Assembly: GCA_965140445.1 (NCBI GenBank)
Contig: OZ223236.1
Span: forward strand, 480,001 to 544,000
DNA length: 64,000 nt
Direction of reading: 5' to 3'
Source of the DNA: Candidatus Ozemobacteraceae bacterium
GTDB lineage: Bacteria > Muiribacteriota > Ozemobacteria > Ozemobacterales > Ozemobacteraceae
The first letter of the stretch is position 1. The number at the start of each line of letters is the position of its first letter. The notes under the pieces were generated by a model, which ran no database searches, was not told the DNA's origin, and saw nothing but the letters and a program-made list of their open reading frames with translations. Below are positions 41,597 to 50,723 of this stretch, piece by piece. Position numbers and translations under genes: made by a program.

Positions 41597-42043
41597 TTAG
41601 ATTTCCAGGCTTAAAATGGATTCTTTTATCTGATCCCTGACTTTCCTGTAGCAGTCCAGGACTAATTCTTCTTTAGCCTGTTCTGAAAGGTTGTTAGCGG
41701 TCTCAGATTTTAATGCACTGGCGGCCAGTTTTGGTGGGTCTTCAAACGGCATGTGGATAACATGTGTACAAGTGGAAAAGATTGGGCAGCTTTCTTTTGC
41801 ATTGTCACAAACCGTAACTACATAGTCAAATGTGACCTCGGACAAATCTGAAACCAGCTTTGAGTGCTGATTTGATATATCAACCCCAGCTTCGGCCATT
41901 ACTCTTATAGCCGACTTGTTCATTCCATGGGTTTCTATACCAGCAGAGTAAGGCTCAAAATCAGAGGAGCGCAGGTGCTTGGCCCATCCTTCCGCCATCT
42001 GGCTGCGACAGGAGTTGCCTGTACAAAGAAATAGTATTTTCAT
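41597..42043 (-). CDS. arsC: Arsenate reductase (thioredoxin-coupled, LMW-PTP fold)
   Basis: CTGNSCRSQMAEG, VTVC....ESCP, FEDP. Confidence 0.92.
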   Translation of the reverse strand: MKILFLCTGNSCRSQMAEGWAKHLRSSDFEPYSAGIETHGMNKSAIRVMAEAGVDISNQHSKLVSDLSEVTFDYVVTVCDNAKESCPIFSTCTHVIHMPFEDPPKLAASALKSETANNLSEQAKEELVLDCYRKVRDQIKESILSLEI

Positions 42044-42053
42044 TCGATTTCCT

Positions 42054-42743
42054 CTAAAACAAACTGAGTTCAAAATTATGGGTTAAACAGTAATAAATAC
42101 CAGCTAATATAAAGATTATTCCAGTAATATTACGGAGGTATTTTTCTATTTTGCTAAGCTTTGCAAAGCTACTGGAAAGGTGCTGACTGGCAAATGCAAT
42201 TATAAAAGCGAATATGACCACTGGAATTGAAGTGCCGATTCCATAAATGATGGGAATGATAAATTTTGAGTTTTGTTCAATCGCAAGCGGAACCATGCTG
42301 CCAAAGAAAAGGCCTGCTGAAACAGGACAAAAAGACAGTGCAAAAAGAAAGCCCAGTGGGAAAGCGTAAAAAAGACCGTTTTTTTCTGCTTTATCTTGAA
42401 GTTTATCTCCAACCAGGTTTAACCGTGCTTTCGATCCAGCTATGCCAGTAAGTATCATTCCGATGACTATCATTAATGGGCCAAGAATTTCATTCATGTA
42501 AGTTTGAAGAAATCTTGATATTGCGCCTGTTGAGCCTAACCCAAGCGATATTACAAATCCAAGAATCAGGTATGCAAAAGTCCTTCCTGATGTGTAAAGC
42601 ATGCCTGATAAGAGTGTGTGGCGCTTTTTCTGGATATTTTTGCTGACAAATGAAATGGCTGCAATATTTGTAGCCATAGGGCAAGGGCTTATCGCCGTGA
42701 GAATGCCGAGCCATGCTGCAGAAGAAATTGGAAGCCACTCCAT
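42054..42743 (-). CDS. arsG: ArsG-family (CcdA/DsbD-like) membrane protein
   Basis: LTAISPCPMATNIAA, FALSFCPVSA, multiple TM helices, ars context. Confidence 0.75.
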   Translation of the reverse strand: MEWLPISSAAWLGILTAISPCPMATNIAAISFVSKNIQKKRHTLLSGMLYTSGRTFAYLILGFVISLGLGSTGAISRFLQTYMNEILGPLMIVIGMILTGIAGSKARLNLVGDKLQDKAEKNGLFYAFPLGFLFALSFCPVSAGLFFGSMVPLAIEQNSKFIIPIIYGIGTSIPVVIFAFIIAFASQHLSSSFAKLSKIEKYLRNITGIIFILAGIYYCLTHNFELSLF

Positions 42744-43246
42744 CAGTGTTGCTCCTGCTTTTTTAAGAATTCTTCAACATTTTCAATAATGTATTGGTTA
42801 AATTCATCGGGCTTTTCCAGAAGTTGCCACACTTGCTCAAGCCTTTTGTATGATGAATAGCCTGTTTCGCCTTGCAGAGCTACTATTACGCAGCTGGATG
42901 ACACATCAAATGCAGATGACAGGTCTGAATTCTTTTGGAAATTAAATTCATTCCACTGCATTTCTCCATTCTTTAGCTGCTGTGCATATTTTGTTTCAAT
43001 AAGTTGTTTTGCCATTTTTTCTATTTTATTGCAGGTTTCGCAACGAAATGTTGAATGGCAATAGAAAACCATAAGCTTCTGTTTTTGGGAAAAGTCTACA
43101 GGTGCTTTTTGAGTTGGCAATGATTGGGCAACTTCTACCTGCTCTGAGTTTGTAGCTGTTGAAACTTTTACTGCATGGTGCTTTCCCAGAGAAAAGCCAA
43201 TTGCAATAAAAACAAAAGCAAACAGAAGCTTTTTAAGGTTTTCCAT
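42743..43246 (-). CDS. arsF: ArsF-family thioredoxin-like protein
   Basis: N-terminal hydrophobic anchor; FYCHSTFRCETCNKIE motif; upstream of arsG. Confidence 0.7.
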   Translation of the reverse strand: MENLKKLLFAFVFIAIGFSLGKHHAVKVSTATNSEQVEVAQSLPTQKAPVDFSQKQKLMVFYCHSTFRCETCNKIEKMAKQLIETKYAQQLKNGEMQWNEFNFQKNSDLSSAFDVSSSCVIVALQGETGYSSYKRLEQVWQLLEKPDEFNQYIIENVEEFLKKQEQH

Positions 43247-43251
43247 AGAGA

Positions 43252-43743
43252 TTAGTTTTGACATCCTTTTTTGCAAAATGGCGCTTTACTTGTTTTTTCA
43301 GAAACAGTGGACGCAGAGTTTGTTGCTGTGTCATTTACAGGATTTGTGATTTCATTTTCCATCTGCGGCTTTGCAAGCTCAAATCCAAGCTCTTTCCATT
43401 TTTTTAGAATGTCTTCTTTGCTAATGAAACCGGTGTGACGCCATAGTTCTTTGTTTTCCGGGGAAAAGAAAATCTGTGTAGGTATTGATTCAATACCGTT
43501 GGCTGTTGCTCTTGCTTCGTTTTCAGCAAGCCAGACATCAACGAATTCAACAGATAGAACTTCTGAATACTCGTTTTTTAACTCTTCAATTACAGGCTCA
43601 AGCATTTTGCATGCTTTACATTTTTTAGCCCCGAAATCAACAAATTTTGGGAGCTCAGCAGTCGGATTTTCTTCACAAAATGCCGGAAAGACAAAGCTAA
43701 AGGCTAACAGGGCAAAGAATAATGAGATTAAGTTTTTTCTCAT
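43252..43743 (-). CDS. Exported thioredoxin-family protein
   Basis: Signal peptide, DFGAKKCKACK, IPTQIFF. Confidence 0.85.
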   Translation of the reverse strand: MRKNLISLFFALLAFSFVFPAFCEENPTAELPKFVDFGAKKCKACKMLEPVIEELKNEYSEVLSVEFVDVWLAENEARATANGIESIPTQIFFSPENKELWRHTGFISKEDILKKWKELGFELAKPQMENEITNPVNDTATNSASTVSEKTSKAPFCKKGCQN

Positions 43744-43744
43744 T

Positions 43745-43978
43745 TTATGCACCCAAAGCTACTTTTATCTCGTCTACAGATGCTACTTTGCCTTTTATTT
43801 TTACTTTTCCGTCAATGGCAAGAGCAGGAGTCATCATTACACCCATCGCGGCGATTTGTGCTATATCAGTAATTTTTACCAGTTCGAAATCTAATCCTGC
43901 TGCTTCTGCAGCTTTCTTTGCATTTTCAGCGAGTTCGTTACAAGCTGGACATCCGGTTCCAAGAATTTGAATTTTCAT
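43745..43978 (-). CDS. Small redox-active disulfide protein (MTH895/ArsE family)
   Basis: MKIQILGTGCPAC, GVMMTPALAIDG. Confidence 0.9.
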   Translation of the reverse strand: MKIQILGTGCPACNELAENAKKAAEAAGLDFELVKITDIAQIAAMGVMMTPALAIDGKVKIKGKVASVDEIKVALGA

Positions 43979-44001
43979 GATTTATTCCTTTTATATAAAA
44001 T

Positions 44002-44979
44002 TTAGAAGCTGATTGTATTAAATATCCAGCCAACGGCTGTAAACATTACGAGTAGCATGGCAAAGAAAATGAGCAAAAGTTTTGTCTGCATGACCTGTTT
44101 TAGCAGCATAAACTCGGGAAAGCTGGCCGCCACAGTACTCATCATAAATGCCAGTGTTGTTCCAATTGGAAGACCTTTACTTATAAGAGATTGTGCTACA
44201 GGGATAATTCCGCTGGCATTTGAGTAGAGTGGAATACCTATCAAAACTGCAGCGGGAACTGTCCACCAGTTTCCAGCGCCAAGATTTTCAACCACGAATG
44301 ATTCTGGCACAAATCCGTGTAGTGCAGCACCTAGTCCAACTCCTATCAAAACCCATTTCCATACTCTGCTAAATATGGTTTTAAGCTCATTCTTTGCAAA
44401 TATATGCCTATCTTTCAGAGACATTTTTACGGGTTCACCGGTTTCAACGTCCACTGTTTCAACCTTCATTACTGTTTCAACTAGTGGAGTTAAAAATCTT
44501 TCTGCTTTTATTAAATCCAGGAACGCCCCGCCAATGATTCCTGCGAGAATTCCCACAACAACATAGGCAATCATGAATTTGGTTCCGAGAAGGCTGCCTA
44601 AAAGAACCACAGCAACCTCATTAATGATCGGGGAAGTTATCAAAAACGACATAGTTATGCCAATTGGGATTCTTGCCTGGGTAAAACCAAGAAATAATGG
44701 AATACTGGAACATGAACAAAACGGCGTTACAGCACCAAAACCTGCTCCAATTGTATAACCCACGATTTTACTTTTCCCGGCTAGATAGTCTCTTACTACT
44801 TCAACATTGAGAGAAGCGCGAAGCAGTGCTATCACATAAATCATTATTATGAGCAACGCGTAAATCTTCGTTGTGTCCTCTATAAAAAAGTGAACGCTGC
44901 TTCCAAGCTTGGATGCAGGATCAAGTCCCATTAAGTTATATGCAAGATAAGTGGCAAGGTCGGTAAAGATTTTAAGCAT
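44002..44979 (-). CDS. arsP: ArsP/DUF318 permease
   Basis: TPFCSCSSIP motif, GIPLYSN, multiple TM helices. Confidence 0.88.
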   Translation of the reverse strand: MLKIFTDLATYLAYNLMGLDPASKLGSSVHFFIEDTTKIYALLIIMIYVIALLRASLNVEVVRDYLAGKSKIVGYTIGAGFGAVTPFCSCSSIPLFLGFTQARIPIGITMSFLITSPIINEVAVVLLGSLLGTKFMIAYVVVGILAGIIGGAFLDLIKAERFLTPLVETVMKVETVDVETGEPVKMSLKDRHIFAKNELKTIFSRVWKWVLIGVGLGAALHGFVPESFVVENLGAGNWWTVPAAVLIGIPLYSNASGIIPVAQSLISKGLPIGTTLAFMMSTVAASFPEFMLLKQVMQTKLLLIFFAMLLVMFTAVGWIFNTISF

Positions 44980-45304
44980 TGCTGTTAGCCTTTTTTAATC
45001 TATCAATCTGGCAGTCCAGATTGTTCTTCATGGTTTTTTCAATGCAATTCATAAAGCTATTGACGCAGGGAAATCTTAATCGGTAGTAAACCATTTTGCC
45101 GCGCTTTTCATCTTCGACGAGGCCTGCCTGCTTTAGAACTGAAAGATGCTTGGAAATTGTGGAAAAATCAGCTTCAATTTTATCGACAAATTTGCACACA
45201 CATTGCTCACCGTCTGCGAGGAAATCGACAATAAACAGGCGAGTTGGGTGGGCAAGCGCTTTTAGGATCTTTGCCTTTTCGTTGTAGTGGTGTTTGTTTT
45301 TCAT
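44972..45304 (-). CDS. arsR: ArsR/SmtB transcriptional repressor
   Basis: KALAHPTRL, EQCVC, STISKHLSVLK..GLV; start ATG 45304. Confidence 0.92.
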   Translation of the reverse strand: MKNKHHYNEKAKILKALAHPTRLFIVDFLADGEQCVCKFVDKIEADFSTISKHLSVLKQAGLVEDEKRGKMVYYRLRFPCVNSFMNCIEKTMKNNLDCQIDRLKKANSNA

Positions 45305-45311
45305 ACAATTT

Positions 45312-45351
45312 ACTATACACCAAGTTTTTATATTTGGCAAATTGACCAAAT
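45312..45351 (-). promoter_or_regulatory. ars promoter with overlapping inverted-repeat operator
   Basis: TTGCCA-N17-TATAGT; ATTTGG-N8-CCAAAT palindrome (45332-45351) overlaps the -35 element. Confidence 0.7.
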
Positions 45352-45412
45352 GTTTTTGTGAGTATTTAAAAATGAATTGACTTTGTGTTTTTTTGTAATA
45401 CAATATATCTGT

Positions 45413-45427
45413 TGATAATGATTCTTA
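45413..45427 (+). promoter_or_regulatory. Per/Fur-box-like operator upstream of peroxiredoxin
   Basis: TGATAAT-G-ATTCTTA 7-1-7 motif just downstream of TTGACT-N16-TACAAT; PerR-like gene adjacent. Confidence 0.6.
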
Positions 45428-45451
45428 ATTACATTTAAAAGGGGACTAAAA

Positions 45452-46135
45452 ATGGAAAACACAAATGAAAACTTCAGAATGCCACTAATAGGTGATAAAG
45501 CACCTTCTTTTGTTGCAAAGACAACAATGGGTGAAATCAACTTTCCAGAGGATTACAATGGCAAGTGGGTAATTTTATTCTCTCACCCCGCGGACTTCAC
45601 TCCTGTTTGCACCACTGAATTTATGACTTTTGCAACAATGCAGGACGAGTTTAAAGCTCTCAATACCGAGTTAGTAGGGATTTCTATTGACAGTCTATAT
45701 GCCCATATTGCATGGCTGAGAACTATCAAAGAAAAGATAGAATACAAGGGAATGAAAAACGTCGAGGTCAAATTCCCTCTTATTGAAGATATTAAAATGG
45801 ATGTTGCCAAAAAATATGGAATGGTTCAACCAGGGGAATCCACTACTCAGGCAGTAAGAGCTGTTTTTATAATTGATCCAGAAGCAAAAGTCAGAGCGGT
45901 AATTTATTATCCATTGGCAAATGGCAGAAATATGGATGAAATCAAAAGAATCATCATTGCCATGCAGAAATCAGACAAAGAAAAAATCGCTACACCGGCT
46001 AACTGGCAGCCAGGTGAAGACGTTATCATTCCACCTCCAGGCTCATGCGGCGTAGCAAAAGAGCGTATGGAAACTCCTGAAGAAGATAAATACTGTTTAG
46101 ATTGGTTTATGTGTTTTAAGAGAGAGCGAAAATAA
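45452..46135 (+). CDS. Peroxiredoxin (Prx6-type)
   Basis: SHPADFTPVCTTE, GRNMDEI, TPANW, extra C-terminal Cys residues. Confidence 0.95.
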   Translation: MENTNENFRMPLIGDKAPSFVAKTTMGEINFPEDYNGKWVILFSHPADFTPVCTTEFMTFATMQDEFKALNTELVGISIDSLYAHIAWLRTIKEKIEYKGMKNVEVKFPLIEDIKMDVAKKYGMVQPGESTTQAVRAVFIIDPEAKVRAVIYYPLANGRNMDEIKRIIIAMQKSDKEKIATPANWQPGEDVIIPPPGSCGVAKERMETPEEDKYCLDWFMCFKRERK

Positions 46136-46155
46136 TGGTGAAATTAGCTTAATGA

Positions 46156-46199
46156 GAAAAAGAGCTACAGCTTTTTTGGTATGTAGCTCTTTTTCTTTT
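46156..46199 (+). terminator. Intrinsic terminator after peroxiredoxin
   Basis: GAAAAAGAGCTACA...TGTAGCTCTTTTTC followed by Ts. Confidence 0.8.
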
Positions 46200-46293
46200 A
46201 TAGTAAAGATGGTCTGAGTAATTTTTAATCTAGACAAAATAGAAATTTGCTATAGGTTAATTTAGTAACAAATCAAATACGGAAGATTAAATC

Positions 46294-46695
46294 ATGGAAC
46301 AGATAGTAACTAAATTTAGAAAAAGCAAAAATCGAAACATGATCCTGGAGTTCATTACCAATTTAAAAAAACATCCAACCGCAGATATGATTTATCTTGG
46401 TCTGAAGAAGAATATTCCCAGCTTGAGTATTGGAAATGTTTACAGAAATCTCAATATTTTGATTGAACAAAAATTAATCCGAAAGGTTGAGGTTAAAGGG
46501 CTTCAGGAAAGGTTTGAAGCCATATGTGAACCGCATTACCATTTCATTTGTGAAGGGTGTGGAGCTATTTTGGATCTTGAAATGCCTATTTTAAAAGACT
46601 TAAACAAGAAGTTGCAAAAGAGTTCAAATCTCAAAGTAAACAGACACCAACTCACTTTTTTTGGTTGCTGCGATTCTTGCAATAATGCTGTTTAA
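46294..46695 (+). CDS. Fur-family regulator, PerR-like
   Basis: HPTA, VYRNL, HYHFICEGC, C-terminal CxxC. Confidence 0.9.
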   Translation: MEQIVTKFRKSKNRNMILEFITNLKKHPTADMIYLGLKKNIPSLSIGNVYRNLNILIEQKLIRKVEVKGLQERFEAICEPHYHFICEGCGAILDLEMPILKDLNKKLQKSSNLKVNRHQLTFFGCCDSCNNAV

Positions 46696-46713
46696 TTATA
46701 TTTTTGCCAATTC

Positions 46714-47595
46714 CTATTTCTTTTTTATAGGAATATAAATATCGACCTCAGGAACTTCTTTCATACATCGTTCGTCATAAAGTTCAAAATCTTCAGTTTC
46801 TGCTCTGATATATTCTGTTTGCCCGGGTAACCATGTTCCATGTATATATTTGCATAAACTTTGAATTGATTCTGGCATTGGTCCTTTGGATGTGAAAACA
46901 GCATAAGTTGCTTCCGGAATTGTTCTGGAAACCATTCCTTCTGGAACCTCAGTTGCACTTGTTACTTCTGATCCAATCATATAAATAAAGCTTTTTGAGT
47001 CTTTTTTCCCGTCTGCACAAATACCATATTGTCGATGGGGTGTTGTTTTATTTGGAATTTTTTCGTCATTTTTTTCTTTTAAATACTTTTGCCAGAAAAG
47101 TGGGATTTCCTTAAAATTGGTTCCGTCTCCAATGGTTTCTATTTGTTTACCGATTACAGTAAAAGAAGGTTTAGTGATAATTTTTGGGGTCATAATTCCG
47201 CTCCTTAATTGATGGTCCCTTTTGAGTTGAGCAATGTCTTTTTTGGATCTTATATCATAGCTCAGCCCTTGTTTCCGGAACTTTGCCGGTGTCATTGAAA
47301 AGTGTTCCTTAAAACTTCGGGTGAAGGATTCTTGTGAATTGAACCCAAATTCAATAGCTATCTCTAAAACACGTCTTTTGGTTTTTACCAGCTCTGTAGC
47401 CGCTAAAGACATTCGTCTTTTTCTAATGTATTCTTTTAGTGTGTCGCCGGTAAAAGCAGAAAAAATGCGGTGAAAATAGAAAAGTGAGCAACAGGCTTCA
47501 TTAGCAATATCAATTAGCTCAATTTCTTCTTTGATATGGTCTTCTATATATTTTAAAGCCTTATCAATCTTTTCAAAATAATCCACAGAACCCAC
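46714..47595 (-). CDS. AraC-family regulator with GyrI-like effector domain
   Basis: FHRIF, YIRKRR, FGFNSQESFTRSFK; C-terminal GyrI-like (FELYD..VDIYIPIK). Confidence 0.93.
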   Translation of the reverse strand: MGSVDYFEKIDKALKYIEDHIKEEIELIDIANEACCSLFYFHRIFSAFTGDTLKEYIRKRRMSLAATELVKTKRRVLEIAIEFGFNSQESFTRSFKEHFSMTPAKFRKQGLSYDIRSKKDIAQLKRDHQLRSGIMTPKIITKPSFTVIGKQIETIGDGTNFKEIPLFWQKYLKEKNDEKIPNKTTPHRQYGICADGKKDSKSFIYMIGSEVTSATEVPEGMVSRTIPEATYAVFTSKGPMPESIQSLCKYIHGTWLPGQTEYIRAETEDFELYDERCMKEVPEVDIYIPIKKK

Positions 47596-47710
47596 GTCCT
47601 TTTACGAAGTTAATTATATTGTAATAAGCTGTGTTTGATCTTTTTTGATATTTTGTGCTGAGTTTTAAAACTGTTAAAAATTAATAAAAAGGCTTGTAAT
47701 TGCGGTTTGT

Positions 47711-49165
47711 TTAATCAATATTTCCACATTCTGAGCAACGGATTGTGAAATCTGTTTCAGATTTTTGCAGATACTCAAATTTGCCCCCAACAGGGCAATC
47801 ATATCCATAGGAGTTTTTTCTCAGGTAACCTTTTTTTAATAATAAATCGATGTTTAGAGTTTTCATTGGCTCTGAATTATCCAGGTTATACATTTCAATT
47901 GCTCCCTGTATAACTCTTCTTGTGGCCATGCAGGCTTTTTGTCTGGCCTCGTCCCTTTTTTTTCTTAACACAGGTATTTGTTGATTTGCTTCATAACTTA
48001 CGAAACCACCAAGCTCACCAAGGAACATTCCTGGATCAATATATCTTGCGCTAAAGCTTAGGATGTTATTTGTTTTGTCCAGTTTCCAGGAATTTACAAA
48101 ATTGATAAAATCTTCTCTAAGCTCTTCTGGAACTAACTTTAGGTTGTTGTTTAAGAAAATTTTTCTACCTGCGGTATAGGTTACAATTTTTTCTTCCAGC
48201 AGGTTTGCAGTATTGCTGTCGTTTAGCGCTAAGGTAAAAGAAGCACTTTGGGCCAGGATCATTATGTCTAAGTCCTTATATGGCTCTAAAAATCGAGTTT
48301 GATATTTTTCAGACTCATTAATGTCATTATTTTGTGGGTGACCGTGAATCAAACAACGAAAGCCTAATCCATCTTTTCTCAAAACAAATTGAGCTCCTTT
48401 GGGGCAGGTCATTTCCGGGGAAAGGCTTAAATCATCAAAAACTTCCTTCTTTTCTTCGACTTCGAGAGTAGAGTAATATTCTGTAAAAAGCTTCTGAGCT
48501 AAAAAGCATTTTTCAAACTCCTTTTTACAAGAATATTCTCCGTAGCTTTTATTAAGCTGATCGAACCAGATATTAGTCGTTAATAAAGGTTTTTCACGGG
48601 CAATTTTTTTTAGAAGTTCCTTTTGAATTTCGTCAGGATAATTTTGCTTAAAGGATTTAAAAGATGGCATCAAAAAAATCTCATCCTTTGAGACCCTAAA
48701 AATAGCATTTACGTTTTTATCTGTAAGGAGAAGTTCATAAAGTTCCAGGTCGTTTTTCAATATTTTTATTTTTTTTCCAAGCTTGGCAATATATGGTTCA
48801 ATAAGGATTTTACAGCTTTGTGGTACAAATTTTCCGGTTAGATGGAATCCAAAATCCATAGTACTGTAAAACGAAAACCACAGTTTTCCGTCTGGTATAA
48901 AAATTTGCGATTTAAAAAACTTAGTCAGTGCTTTTATAGGGAGTTTTGTTGAGAGCTGCTTCAGCATTTCTTCCTTTTGGCCAGATTTTTCAAGTCTACC
49001 TAGACCTTTTCTAAAAGCTTCAATGATTGCTCCACAGTCTACAAATATAATAGCTACAGAAGGGCTTTTAACAAGCATTGCCCCATCTAGTTTCGTGTTT
49101 TTCTCGCCTGCTTTAAGGCTCATAGCAAAGACAAGAAGGAATACTGTGAAAAGGCAGATTTTCAT
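47711..49165 (-). CDS. Exported protein with pilin-like Cys-rich modules
   Basis: Signal-like N-terminus; C-terminal ARQKAC..RVIQGAIEMYNLD..CPVGG..C..CG; internal CPKGA..CLIHG. Confidence 0.65.
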   Translation of the reverse strand: MKICLFTVFLLVFAMSLKAGEKNTKLDGAMLVKSPSVAIIFVDCGAIIEAFRKGLGRLEKSGQKEEMLKQLSTKLPIKALTKFFKSQIFIPDGKLWFSFYSTMDFGFHLTGKFVPQSCKILIEPYIAKLGKKIKILKNDLELYELLLTDKNVNAIFRVSKDEIFLMPSFKSFKQNYPDEIQKELLKKIAREKPLLTTNIWFDQLNKSYGEYSCKKEFEKCFLAQKLFTEYYSTLEVEEKKEVFDDLSLSPEMTCPKGAQFVLRKDGLGFRCLIHGHPQNNDINESEKYQTRFLEPYKDLDIMILAQSASFTLALNDSNTANLLEEKIVTYTAGRKIFLNNNLKLVPEELREDFINFVNSWKLDKTNNILSFSARYIDPGMFLGELGGFVSYEANQQIPVLRKKRDEARQKACMATRRVIQGAIEMYNLDNSEPMKTLNIDLLLKKGYLRKNSYGYDCPVGGKFEYLQKSETDFTIRCSECGNID

Positions 49166-49290
49166 TTTTGCGGCAGACACTTTTTTCTCCTGGATCATTT
49201 TAAAAGGCAATATTATAATCATACTTCTATAATGAAGCTTTTTCACTAAGTGGAATAGAACTTTTTTAATGTCAGAATTGGTAGAATAAA

Positions 49291-49520
49291 ATGGAAAGAA
49301 TGGTTTGCTATTGTAAAAAAGTGTCAGAGAGCCAAATCGTGAAGGCTATAAAAAATGGAGCAAATAGCTTAAAGGACATTCAAGTCGCTACAAGCGCATG
49401 CACTGGCAGCAGTTGCAAGGATCTCAATCCTTCAGGAGAAACTGCTGTTCAAAAGATATTACAGAATTACTTCGCAAACACTTGAAGAATGCTGATGATT
49501 GTAATTGCGGATGTTGTTGA
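49291..49520 (+). pseudogene. BFD-like (2Fe-2S)-binding protein, frameshifted
   Basis: VCYC..ACTGSSCKDLNPSG then frame change at about 49438-49442; the other frame continues CCSKDITELL..CNCGCC*. Confidence 0.75.
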
Positions 49521-49548
49521 TAATTCAGCTTTTAAAAAATCAAAATAA

Positions 49549-50205
49549 TCATTCAGGGTCAGTGTTATAGTTTCGGTTATAGCCGTTGAATTCAAGAATT
49601 GAATTGAAAGTTTGTGGAATAATGGTTGTCATAAACTCTCTTATTGCCGGAGCTTGTCCTTTCTTTTTTGCAGGTTCTATGACCTGAAAGAAAGGTCTGA
49701 AAAAGCTCTTTTTTATGCCATGAGAATCACCTAAAACAGCAAGAAGCTCAAAATGATTGATTTCTTTGCTTAAGACAATCTTTCTTTCTGGAGCAGGTCT
49801 TCCGATGGAATCAGCATAGTAAATAGTTCTTGTAAGAGTATTTTTTTCTCCGTCAAACTCATATACGATTCTGTTTAATTTTTTTTCATACTTGTCACCA
49901 GAACTCTTTGGTTCAGCAAAGGAAAAGAACTCATATGTTTTTACAAATCCAGTTTCACTGGATTTTAAAATGTCGTAAATATTAACTCTTGAGGCGGTGT
50001 TCGAAAATTTTAGTGAAGCCGCTGAAAGATCGTTTCGAAGCATGGTGATAATATTTTGACCTGTTTGAATTGCTACATTTCGAGAAAGATTTTTCTCAAA
50101 TGAATTGCTGCTGAACGTAAGAGTTCTATAGGTTGGGATAACGACCAGAGCCAGAATTACACTGACAAGAACCACTTCTATTAAGGTAAACCCGTTTTTT
50201 TTCAT
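49549..50205 (-). CDS. Prepilin-type (N-methyl) pseudopilin/minor pilin, PilW/GspJ-like
   Basis: MKKNG/FTLIEV class III signal. Confidence 0.88.
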   Translation of the reverse strand: MKKNGFTLIEVVLVSVILALVVIPTYRTLTFSSNSFEKNLSRNVAIQTGQNIITMLRNDLSAASLKFSNTASRVNIYDILKSSETGFVKTYEFFSFAEPKSSGDKYEKKLNRIVYEFDGEKNTLTRTIYYADSIGRPAPERKIVLSKEINHFELLAVLGDSHGIKKSFFRPFFQVIEPAKKKGQAPAIREFMTTIIPQTFNSILEFNGYNRNYNTDPE

Positions 50206-50723
50206 GGAATAAGCTCCAAAACAGTCGTTGAAAAGTTCATGACTTCATTTTTTAGATACTTGGCGGCCCGGCTTCCCTTTTGAATCCTGAGTTGAGCGGT
50301 AATTAAAATGCCATTAACCGATTTTCCATCGGGTTGGTCTGCCTTAATTTCTTTAAACTCAATTCTTCGCTCAAATGATTTGCATTCAGAGAAATATGCA
50401 TCATTAACATCAACATCTTCATCATTAAGGTTTTTTGAAAAAATGAGGTGGTCGGTAACTTTGTGCCAGGGGCCACTGCTGCAGTCGCTTAAAGGGAAAG
50501 GCTTACTCTCTTTTGAATCAAGGTGTGCCTTAGCCCATCTGTATCCCATTCCCTGACTGAAATCTATAACTTCTTTGCCCAGAGAGTAGGCCATAAATTT
50601 GTAGTAAGCTTCCATTCCTCTGGAACTTGTTGATTGGTTGACCGTAAAAAAAGCCATCAACGAAAGCTGAAGGATAAAAATAGCAATGAGGAGTTCTACG
50701 AGAGTGAATGCTTTTTTCTTCAT
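50202..50723 (-). CDS. Prepilin-type pseudopilin/minor pilin, PilV/GspI-like
   Basis: MKKKA/FTLVEL class III signal. Confidence 0.88.
   Translation of the reverse strand: MKKKAFTLVELLIAIFILQLSLMAFFTVNQSTSSRGMEAYYKFMAYSLGKEVIDFSQGMGYRWAKAHLDSKESKPFPLSDCSSGPWHKVTDHLIFSKNLNDEDVDVNDAYFSECKSFERRIEFKEIKADQPDGKSVNGILITAQLRIQKGSRAAKYLKNEVMNFSTTVLELIP

Noticed and set aside
49512..49523. TGT TGT TGA TAA as selenocysteine readthrough
   Set aside because: No SECIS-like hairpin is evident; a tandem stop is the simpler reading.
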